Assembly (NCBI GenBank): GCA_004431415.1
Contig: QPMI01000089.1
Location: forward strand, 310,001 to 374,000
Origin: Cyanophora paradoxa CCMP329
Taxonomy: Eukaryota; Plantae; Glaucophyta
DNA: 64,000 nt
Reading direction: 5' to 3'
In this document: one piece after another, positions 45,636 through 56,394 of the stretch
How the letters are laid out: every line of letters begins with the position of its first letter
Numbering within the stretch: the first letter of the stretch is position 1
Made by a program: the position numbers and the translations under genes
Notes under the pieces: model-generated
The model's database searches: none
What the model saw: only the letters and a program-made list of their open reading frames with translations
Told to the model about the DNA's origin: nothing

Positions 45636-48600
45636 CTAGAGGATCGAAATGAAGGGGCGCGGCCGCGGCCTTTTTCTCTGACGGGCACGGGCTCGGGCTC
45701 GGGCTCGGCGCGCGGGCTCGGGCGCGCTCGCCTTGCCGGACTTGCGGCGTGTGACGACGACGTCGACGGGGAAGGACCAGAGGTTCCAGGGGACCACGTG
45801 GTTGTTGTACTTCACCATCACCTTCACCGCCCCGGACTCTGACGGGGGCGAGGAGGGAAGGCGTGAGCGGAGCCGAAGATAGGCCGCGGAGGTGAGCGCC
45901 GGGAGGGACGGACCGTGCGGGCCCAGGGGCCGCCCCGGCACGAAGCCCGTCGCACCCCCCGCGCTCGATCGCGTCGCGTCCAGCGCCGAGTTGTTGGCGG
46001 AGGCGGGGGCCGAGGAGGCGCCCCAGACGCCGACGTCCTTGCTGAAGGCCGCCTCGTACCCGCCCCGCGGCTGGCGCTTGGAGACGGCGAAGAGGCCGCC
46101 GCCCAGCAGGCAGAGCCCGAAGACGCCGGCCCCGACCCCGATCCCGACTGCGAACGAAGCCTCAGAAGGCGGGAAAGGGGGGGGGGGGGGGGGGGGAGGT
46201 CGCACTCTTGGCGGGAGTGGTGAGGGGCTCGTCGGAGCCGCCGCCGGCGGAGTTGGAGGCGGGCGGCGTTGGGCTCGGGCTGGGCGTCCGCGTCGGCGGG
46301 GCGGCCGCGGCCGGCGAGGGCGTCGGGTCGGCCTCCGCGCCCCCGCGGAATCCGCCGCCGCCGCCTCCGCCCGTGCCAGTCCCCGTGCCGCCTGGGACGA
46401 CGACGATAGTAGCGGGGTCCTGTCCGGCCGGGACGGGGAAGCACTGCTCCACGGCAAACGCCGAGGCGCCGGCGAGGAGGGCGTTGCAGGGGACGGAGGC
46501 GAGCGAGGCGGCGAGGGCCTGCGTGGAGGCGAGCGGGCCGGCGGCCGGCGGGCGCAGGCCCACGACGACGTTCACGCTGCCCTGCCAGAAGCGGACGACC
46601 GAGAGGTCGGAGCGGAGGAGGCCCGAGCCGACGGTGGCGTTGGCGGCGAGCCCCCAGAAGAGCGCGTCCAGGAACTGGTCCTGCCTCAGCTGCGTGAAGT
46701 CCGACGCGTTGCCGGTGAGCTTGTAGAAGAGGTGCGCGGCCGCCTGCGGCACGGCCGCGCGGAGCGTGCGCGGCGAGCCGGGGACGGCGCCCGGGCCCCA
46801 GCCGACGCTGGAAGCGTTCCAGGGCACGGAAAGCGAGACGGACGAGGCGCGGGGGCCGGTCGAGCTCGTCAGAGCCGCGTCCCACCTCAGGTCGACGAGG
46901 AACTCGCCCGCGGAGCCGGGCCGGGCCGGGCCGGGCGCGAGGCTCAGGACCTCGCCCGATGCAGGGGAGAGGGCGGGCACGCCCAGGTCCGATGCCAGGA
47001 GCGGGCTGAGGCCGGGGAGCGGCGCGACGGTGCAGGAAACGAAGGGGCGGGGCCCGGTGAGGAGCGACCCCTCGGCGTCCCCGCAGGAGAGCGCCGCGTC
47101 CGTGAGAGCGATCGGCGCCGAGTTGCGCTGCGGCCCGCCGCCGCCCACCGCCGCGCTCCACGAAAACGTGTACGAGAGGGTCGGGACAGAGCCCAGGAGC
47201 GGGTCGGCGGCCAGCGCGAACTCAAGGCCTCCGATAGCTGCGGCTGAGGAGGAGAGGGGCCCGGCGGAGGCGGCGGGCGGGGCGGAGAGGGCGACCGAAG
47301 CGACGTCGGAGGGGAGGAGGGCGCCGAGCGTGGCGACGAGGGAGCAGTTCGTGGCGGCTCCGCGGCGCAGGCGGGCGTGGAGGCAGGCGCCCGGGGCCCC
47401 GTCGAAGACACTTAAGGACGCCTCGGGGCGGAATCCGTCGGGGGCCAGCTGCAGGCGGAGAAGGGCGGAGGTCGCCGGCGTAGCCGGGGAGGGGCGGAAG
47501 GACCAGACGAGGGGGTCCCCGGGTACAGCCTCAAGGGATCCGGCCTCGGGCGTGGCGAGGCTCACGTTTACAACGTCGCCGGGCCGGACGCTCCCGAGGG
47601 AGGCGGTCACGTTGCAGAGCGCCGGCGCCGCCGCGGAGCGCGCCCAGCGGGGCGGGCAGTCGAGCCGCCCGTCCCACACCGCGATCGCAAAGGGCGCCGC
47701 CGAGGCGGCGGCCGAGGAGGCGGCGGGGGAGTACGCGACGGAGACGAGCGCCCGGGGGAGCGAGGCGGTCGGGGGTACGGTCACCTCGAACTGGTACCAG
47801 ACGCCGGCGAGCGTGCCGTCGAGGAGGGGTACCGGGGAGGGAACGGTGGCGGCCCCCGCGGCGGCCTCGAGGAGGAGTACCCCGGCGAAGTCGTCCGGGG
47901 TAGGGCTCCCGGCGGCCGTGGCGACCGAGCAGCGGGCCGAGCGGCCGCGGCGGAGCCGCGCGGAGTCGCAGCGGACGTTCACCGCGAAGAAGTCCGTCAG
48001 GTTGAAGGCGGATCCGGGTATGGGCGCCGAGGCTGCGTCCAGGGCCGGGGCCCAGCGCACGGCGATGGCGACGGCGCCGTCGGCGAGGGGCGGCGCGCTC
48101 GCGGGCGCCGTGAAGGTGAACGCAAAGGGGCCGCCGGGGCTGGGGCCCTGGGGCACGGAGGCGGTCCCGGCCGAGGGCGGGAGGGCGTAGGGGAGGAGGT
48201 CGGCCCCCGATAGGGGCCCGAAGACGCCGGAGACGTGGATGGCGCAGGAGATGGAGCCGCCGGCCGCGATCCGCCGCCGGTCGCACGTCACCGACGCGTT
48301 CGCCACGTCTAAGAAACGGTCAGAAACGGTACGAGAAGAACGAACGAAGGGGCGGGGCGGGTCGCACCGACGAGGGCGATGGGCGGGGCGGTGAAGAGGG
48401 TGCGCCCGGCGGGGGCGACCGAGGGCGCGAGCGGGACGCTGACGTTGAGCGCCGCCGAGGGCGCCGACGCGGAGAGCGCGATCGGGAGGACGAGGTCGGC
48501 GCCCGAGGACGCCAGGGCGGCGCCGGCGGTTCCCGCGGCCGGCGGGTCGAGGGCCGGGGGCAAGACGAAGTCGGAGGGGAGGGGGGCCCCCAGGGCGGCG

Positions 48601-51600
48601 GCGAGCGTGCAGTTGAGCGCGGCGCCGCGGCGGGCGCGGGCGGGGCAGGAGAGGGCGGCGTCAAAGAGGGTGAAGTTTGCGGCGGGCAGGGCCGAGCCGT
48701 CGGCGGCGAAGGAGACGCGGAGCGAGGCAGAGGCGGCGGGGGAGGGGGCGTCCGAGGCGGCCGCCACGGAGAAGAGCAGGTCGGGGCCCGAGGCGGTCAG
48801 GCCCGAGACGCGGAGGACGCCGGCGGGGCTGGAGGAGATGGCGAAGTCCGCGGGGTCGAGGGGCTGGGCCCCCGCGGTGCGCTGGAGGCGGCAGGCGGCG
48901 GCCTGGCCCCGCGCGAGGCGCGCCCGGTCGCAGGAGAGCGCCGCGTCGAAGAGGGCGACGGTGAGCGCGCCCAGGCGGCCGCCGCCGACGGCCGGCGCCC
49001 AGTCCAGCGCCAGCGAAGCGTCCGAGGCGGACGAGGCGGGGTCCAGGGCGAACGAGACGGAGAGGGAGCCGTTCGCGCCTGCGAGACGGCCGCGCCGGCG
49101 GGGGCCGAGACGTCGGAGGTGAGGAGGGCCCGGAATCCGGTCGCCGCCTCGGGCGACGCGGTGCACGCGACGCTCCCGCCGCGCCGCGCCCGCGCCGCCC
49201 CGCACGAGAGCGCCGCGCTGAGCAGCGCCACCGTCGGACCCTCCGCGCTGTCCCCGGGCGACGAGAGGACGGGGCCCCCGCCCACGGCCGCCGACCACGC
49301 GACGGGCAGGCGGACGCTGCCCGAGCCGCCCCCTTGCGCCGTGAGCGTCACCGTCTGCCGGCCGGTGGCGTTAGCTAGGACGGGGGCGGGGGTTAGGTGA
49401 GGGGCGCGGACGAGGGCGGAGCCGTCGGGGGCGGCCGAGGGCGCGGAGACAGTCGCAGCCGAGGCGGGTGCGGGCGCGGGCACGTCGACGTCGCCCGCCT
49501 CGAGCGGGGCGGAGGCGGCGGCGCGCCAGACGGTGCAAGAGGCCTGTGCGCCCACGCGGAGGCGAGCCGCCGAGCAGTTGGCGCGGGCGTCCACGACCGA
49601 GGCGGCCACGGGCGACCCGGGAACGGGCCCGCCTCCCACGGCGGCCGCCCAAGACACGGCCAGCGACGCGGAGGCGGCGGCGGCGTCGGGCGAGAAGAGG
49701 AAGAAGTGTAGGACCGCAGAGCCCGAGGAGGGGGAGGCCGGGGCCGGCTCGAGGTCGGCGGGGAGGAGCGGTGCGAGGCCGGCAGCGGCCGCCACGCTGC
49801 AGTTGAAGGGCAGGCCGCGCCGCAGCCGCCGCGCCCCGCACGTGAAGTTGCCCTCTGCGGGGCGCGGTTGTCGACGTCAGAGTCTGGCGAAGCTAAGTTG
49901 TCTCAGCGAAGAAAAGGGGGTACCGAGGAGGGCGATGGGGGAGGGGAGGGCAAGGGCACCGCCCCCGGCGGCCGCCGCCCAGGGCACGGCGAGGGAGAGG
50001 GCCGGGGAGGAGGCGGAGGCGGAGGCCGTGAGGGTAAAGGAGAGGGAAGGGGAGGATCCGGCGGTGGTGGAGAGGCCGGACACGGCGGCGGCGGCGGGCG
50101 GCGAGGGGAAGGCGGAGGGCGCGGAGAGGTCGAAGTCCGAGGCGACGGCGCCGGGGATGCCCTGGAGCGCGTCGACGGAGCACGAGGTGGCCGCCCCGCG
50201 ACGGAGGCGGGCGGCCCCGCAGGAGAGGCGCGCATCCATGAGGCCGACCGAGGCCGTGCCAAGGGAGGCGGAGCCGACGGGCGGGCGCCAGGAGGCCGAG
50301 AGCGTGACGGTCGCGAAGGAGGCGGCGGGCGCCGCGCGGCCCGTGAGAAGGAGCGAGGAGGAGAGGAGGGACGGGGCGGAGAGGGAGGTTAGCGCGGCGG
50401 CCGGCGAGGCGGAGACGTCGATGTCGGAGGGGAGGGGCGAGCCGCGCGTGTAGGCGGCCGAGCAGTTAAAGTCAGCCCCGCGGCGCACGCGCAGCGCCGA
50501 GCACGAGAAGGTCGCCGCCAGGAACGCGATCGGCAGCGCCGTCCCCGCCGGGCGCGAGGCGCAGGGGTACGCGGCGCAGGCGGGGAGGGGCGGGGGCGAG
50601 ACCGCCGGGGTGGAGTACGAGGCGGCCCAGGGGAGCGAGAGGGAGGTCGAGGAGCGGGGGGATGAAGCCGGGACGGAGTACGTGAAGTTCACGAGCCCGC
50701 CGGAGGCGGCGGCGAGGGCGGAGAACGATCCGGTACCCGTCACGGGCGACTCGGCGGGGGCGCCCAGGTCGGAGGCGGCGAGGGCGGCGGGGGCGGCTCC
50801 GAGAGCGAAGGGCGCGGCGAAGCAGCGGAGCGTTGCGCCCAGCGCGAGGCGGGGCGAGTCGCAGGCGAGGACGGCGTCCAAGGCCGTTACCTGGGGCCCG
50901 GCGACGCGGCAGGCGGCGCCGGCGCCGCCGGGGCACACGGCGGCCGACCAGGCGGCGAGGGTCGAGACCGCCGCGCTCGTCTGGACGACGTTCACCGCAA
51001 ACGAGAAGGCGACCGCTTCTCCCGCGGCAGAGACCGAGACGAACGTTCCCCCGGCGGCCGGGTCGGTCACGGGGGACGAGGCCACCGCAAAGTCGGAGGG
51101 GAGCAGGGCGGCCGAGTTGTGCGGGGCGAGCGTGCAGGTCACGAGGGCGCCGACGGGGGCCCGCGCCCGGTCGCAGGTCATGCGGGCGTCCAGGTACGAG
51201 AGCGAGGCGGCCGGCAGCTGGCCCAGAAGCGCCGAGCCCTGGTTCGTGAGCGTCACCGTGAGCCGCACCGCCTGTGAGCCGGACCGGTGAGGAAAAGAAA
51301 CGCCTGAAACGGAGCGGAACGAAACGAAAGGGAGTGCCTGGGCGGCCTGCGTGTTCGTGCCGTAGAAGACGTAGCGGAACCACCAGCGGAGAACGAAGTC
51401 GTAGGGGTACGCCGCGTCGAAGTCGCCGCGGTCCGCCGGGTCGGCCGTGACCGAGTAGAAGTCGTCGGAGACGAGGGTACCCAGGCTCGCCTGGACGCTG
51501 CAGTTCGCCCCGTTCGAGGTGCCCACGACCACGCGCGTCCGGTCGCACGCCAGCTGCGCGTCTGCGCCCGCCCGCTCGCCTTAGCTTAGGGCGGGGGGGT

Positions 51601-52271
51601 ACGCGGCCCGGCGGGGCGCGCCGAAGAGGGGCAGGGAGCGGAAGACGTTGTTGGCCCCGGAGGGCGTCGAGGCGAGCAGGTTGACCGAGGAGGCCGTGGC
51701 CGCCGAGAGGCCTCGGACCTGCGAGGCTGCCGTCAGGGGCGCCGCCCGGGCCTGGGATCAGCGAGCTTGCTCGCCCAAAAGGTGGCGGCGGTAGAGGTCG
51801 AGGCGCTGGACTGGGCGCTGTAGTCCAGGCTCGAGGCGTCAGGCGCCGTCGAGGCCAGGCTCACGGCCTGAAATTCCACCTGCGCGGCGCGTTCGATGCG
51901 GGGCGCCGGACAGGGGGCGGGGGCGGGGCTCGCTCGCCTGGCCCGAGGGGCTCGCCGTGACGCCCGAGAGCTCCCCGGCGCCGAACGTGCCGGTGATCGT
52001 GAGTGTGCACCGCACGCGTCCGCCCCTGCGCCAAGCCCCGCGCCGTCGGCCGCTGGCGAGAGGGGCGGCCTGAGACGAAAGGCGGAGGCGAGCGGCACCT
52101 GCTGAGGCGCGCGGGGCACGAGAAGGACAGGCCAGTGATGGCTGCATCGGCTCCAAGCCCAAGCAGCACGAGCACGGCCAGGACGACGGCAGCCAGACGC
52201 GTGGCGTATCCGCCGAGCGGCGCGGAGCCGGCGGGGCGCGGCCCCGCGTACGCGGACGGCCTCGCCTGCAT
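45636..52271 (-). CDS. Giant type I cell-surface protein: about 16 Cys-pair Ig-like repeats, a SEA-like module, a P/S/T stalk, one TM helix and a cytoplasmic tail
   Basis: Signal peptide (LAAVVLAVLVLLGLGADA). Recurrent DAxLSCxxxRLRRGxxxxCxV roughly every 100-130 aa across ORFs 49877-51532, 48797-49795, 48309-49298 and 46162-48306. FWQGSVNVVV motif. TM helix VGIGVGAGVFGLCLLGGGLFAV followed by SKR. Confidence 0.8.
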
Positions 52272-52616
52272 CGACCGACCCCCCTCCAGGCTCGCGCCGC
52301 GGTCCGACGGTCGCTTAGCCCAAGCAGCAGGGGCGGTGAGCCATCACTCTGGCCGCTGAGGCGAGATGTACGCTGCAGAGATCGCCCAGCTGGCTCGCAG
52401 GGCGGTATCTCGGCAGTCCCGGGGCGGCGGAAGGTCCGGAAGCCGGCGAGCCGCGAGCCGTTGGGGGGGCTACCGTATGACTTTGTTGGTCGCGCTCGAA
52501 TCCCGAAAGGGTCACTTAGGACGTGCAACACCCAGCCAACCGCTCCAGCGAGCCTGGGACAGCTGGACTCCGTTTTGCGCTAGCTAGGAGATGCGGGGAC
52601 ACTTCTCAGCGCAGAG

Positions 52617-55600
52617 ATGAACCCCTACCGGACGCTGCCTAAGATAGGCGGCGCGGCCAGCCCGACGGGCGAGTACGAGGGCTCCATCAGCTTCAGGCAT
52701 GGCAGCATCATGGCCAACGCTCCCTCGCCGCTCAAAGGTGGGCGGGGCGCGCGGCGCCCGCCTGCGTGCGCGGCTAAGCCTGGACCGGCCCGCAGGGAGC
52801 AAGGGGAACCCCGGCGCGCGGTCGCTGGACTCCCTGCACCGGGAATCAAAGATCCCGCAGCACGCGCTCAGCCGCCAGATCGACAACATGCAGCTGGTGC
52901 CGACCAGCGCGGAGGCCGCCGTGGAGGCCGCCTTCCGCAGCTACGAGCTGGCCGCCGAGTCCGAGCTGCGCGGCGCATACACGGACGCCGAGCGGCAGAA
53001 GGCCCGCGCTCCCCGCCCCGCCGCCCCGCCGCCCGCCACGCCGCCTCGCGCGGCGCTCCCGCCGCTGAGATGCGCATGCATGCCGGGCACAGGTGAAGGA
53101 GGTCTTCCTGTCGCGGACGCCGGCGGGGCGGAAGGACGCGCTGCTGCTGGAGGCGTGGGTCAAGCAGCAGTGCGAGGCGACGGCGGCCGTCGCGCAGGGC
53201 GACCCCCTCGAGGCCGTCGAGCACGAGCTCCGCGTCTACACGATGGCCGTCCACGAGATCGCGCGCCAGGTCGGCTTCCCCTCAGCGCCCCGCCCTTTCC
53301 CGTCCCGTCCCGTCTCACGTTCTCTCTTCCCGTCGCCCCGCCCCGTCCCGGCAGGTCTCGGTGGGCTGCGTGGAGCGCGGCACGCTGCTGGCCACGCTGT
53401 GGAGCCGCTACACGGAGCTGCTGAACCGCGTGCACGCCGCCCAGACCGACCAGCGTGCGCCCCCCCCCCCCCCCCCCCCCCGCCTCCATTCCCTCCCTCC
53501 CTTCCGGCGCGACGCGGCGCGACGCGACGCGGGGCGGGGGGGCAGTGCGGCGGGAGCGGGGCGATTGGGAGGGCACCGTGCGGCGCGCGGCGGAGGAGCA
53601 GGTAGACTTCGCGGCTCGAGAACGCAGCGCGGGTGTACCCCTGTACTTTCTTTCTTGACTCTTCTTTCTACCTTCCCCAGGTCCGGCGGGCGGAGCGGGC
53701 CTTCGAGGAGCGGTCGCGGCTGCAGGAGGAGCAGGCGCGCGCCCGCGAGGCCGAGCGCCAGGTCCGCCCGCGTCTGCTCCGCGCTAGGCCGGGCTAGGCT
53801 AAGATAGGCTAGAGGCTCCGGCTCCACTGCGTGGCTAGTGTTCCGCCGCGCTAGGCTAGGCTAGGATAGAGGGGACACCACCCGCCCGCCCACTCCACGC
53901 TAGGCTACACCGCCAGGTCCGCGTCTGCGCCGCGCTAGGCTAGGATAGGCTAGAGGGGACACCGCCCGCCCGCCCGCCCGCCTCCGGCTGCACTGCGAGG
54001 CTATTGCCCTTCACCGCTGCCCTTCTCACCTCGAATCTCGTCCAATCTGCTCCACGCTAGCTAGGCTACCCCACTCCACTCCACTGCGTGGCTAGTGCCC
54101 TCCACCGCTGCCCTTCTCACCTCGAATCGCGTCCAATCTGCTCCACGCTAGCTAGGCTACCCCACTCCACTCCACCGCGTGGCTAGTGCTCTCCACGGCC
54201 CTCCACCACGGCCCTTCTCGCCTCGAACCTCGTCCAATCTGCTTGAATCTGCTCGAGTGCCCTCCACCGCTGCCCTTCTCACCTCGAATCTCGTCCAATC
54301 TGCTCCACGCTAGCTAGGCTACCCCACTCCACTCCACTGCGTGGCTAGTGCTCTCCACGGCCCTCCACCGCTGCCCTTCTCGCCTCGAAGCTCGTCCGCG
54401 CGGCAGGCCGAGGCGCGATCGGGGGCCGAGGCGGTCGAGCGCGCGCGGGCCGAGGCCGAGGCCCTCCGGAACGCGGTGCGTAAGAGGAGGAGGAGGAGGA
54501 GGAGGAGAAGGGGGCGACCGGGAGAGAAAGAGAGGGCCTCACTAAGCTTGAGAGGAAGAGAGAGAGGGGGGGGGAGAGAAAGAGAGCCTGATCCAGCTAG
54601 AAACGTTTTGTGCTGTCTGAGGAGGGAGGCCGGGGCGCATGTGCGGTAGGAGCAGGGGGAAGGGGCGCCCGGGAGCGAAAGAGAGGGCCTCACTAAGCTT
54701 GAGCTAAAGCTTTTGCTCTAAGCTGTCCGCCTGAGAAGGCCGGGGCGCAGGTGCGGCGGACGGAGGAGGAGGTGGAGAAGTGGCGCAAGGAGGCGCGCTG
54801 GTGGGAGGGCGAGCTCACCGAGTACCGAAAGCGCTTTGACGCCGAGGTCCGTGCCCGCGTACCCCCCTCTTTGTTCGCTTTCCCGCGGTCCCTTGGCTGC
54901 GCTGGACACGCTAAGCATCGCCCTACGCTACGCCGCGCCACGATTTGATCTGGAGGGGGCGGGGGCAGACAGAGGAGGTGGAGCGGGAGATGGCGGAGGC
55001 CGGGGAGGCGCGGGAGGCGCGCGCCGCCGCCGAGGCCCGCGGCCGCGCCGCCCAGCGCGCCCTCGCCCGCGCCCGCGCCCAGGCGAGCGAGCCGCCCTCT
55101 GCACCCAGCTCTTCTCAGCTCAGCTGAGCCGCGCCATTCTACGACATAAAAATAGGGCATTAGAGCACAGAGCTTAAGAGTATCTTCCTCTTAGGCGAGC
55201 CGGCGTCGCTGGGCCGAGCCTCTCTTCTGCGCCCTAAGCTCACTGAGCCGCGCCCTCCTCCCCCTTCCTCCTATTACTGCTGCTGATTTCATTCTAACAT
55301 CAGATAGCAATTTCAAAGCAAATATAAAGCCTCTAACTAACCTCTAATCTTGAAAAAATCCCCGCAGCTCAAGAAGGAGGTGATCCAGAACGAGGCCCTG
55401 CGGGGCCGCGGCGCCGCCCTCTCGGCGCGGGCGCAGGTGCTCGGTCCTCTTAGCTCGAGGCCCTAAGATCTTAGGTCTTCTTAGCTCGAGGCCCTAAGAT
55501 AGGAGGCGGCCGCCCCGCGTTGGAGGCCCTCCGGATAGATAGATAGATAGGAGGCGGCCGGATAGACAGGAGGCGGCCGCCCCGCCCCGCCCCAGGGCCC

Positions 55601-56355
55601 GGTAGACCCGCCCCCCTTGTCCCTTGTCCCTTATCCCTCTGCGCAGGCGCTGGCGGCCGGCCTGCGGGGCGAGCTGGCGCGCCGCGAGCAGGCGTGGGCC
55701 CAGGAGCGCGCCACCATCGCCCAGCGCCTCAACGCGGTGCGCCCGCGCCCGCGCCGGCCGCCCTCGGCTTGCTTGCTTCTGGGACAGGAGAGGCGAAGGC
55801 AGCCGCAGCAGCCGCCCTAGGCCCTTAGGCGTCCTACCTTCCTCCTCTCTGTCCCCGACGCTCGTGCCGCGTCGCGTTGCAGCTCTTAAGCGCCCCTCAG
55901 CTGTCCTAAGCTCTCGGTTCTTCTCCTCCGTGTTTCTGACGCGCTGCGTCGCGCCGCAGCTCCTGGCGGCGCCGACGAAGGAGGGCCTGGCGGCCCTCGT
56001 CGCCGTCCTCCCCATCGACGAGCAGGCGCGTGGCGGCAGCGACGAGGGGGCGGGGGGCGGGGGGGGGGGGGGGGGGGGGGGTCTCGCTCAAGGGGCTTAG
56101 CTCAGCGGGCTTATGATGGCTTAGGATGGCTCCCTGTGCTAAGCTGTGCTTAGCCCCTGTGCTGGGCGCTCAAGGGGCCAAGCACAGCTGCTGCGGCCGC
56201 TGCCGCTACGTTTGAGCGCGCACTATGGCGATGGGGGCGGCGGCGTCGCTCGCTGGCTGGCTCGACCCTGACACGCGCCCGCGCGCCTCGGCCCCGCAGG
56301 TGGCCACGGCGGTGCTCCTCCCCAAGAAGAAGAAAAAGGCGGCGGCGGCGGCCGA

Positions 56356-56394
<39 letters not shown>

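Noticed and set aside
33154-51290. Long + strand R/G/A/P-rich ORFs (e.g. 36221-37612, 45892-47247, 46766-48190)
   Set aside because: Antisense shadow ORFs of high-GC minus-strand genes.
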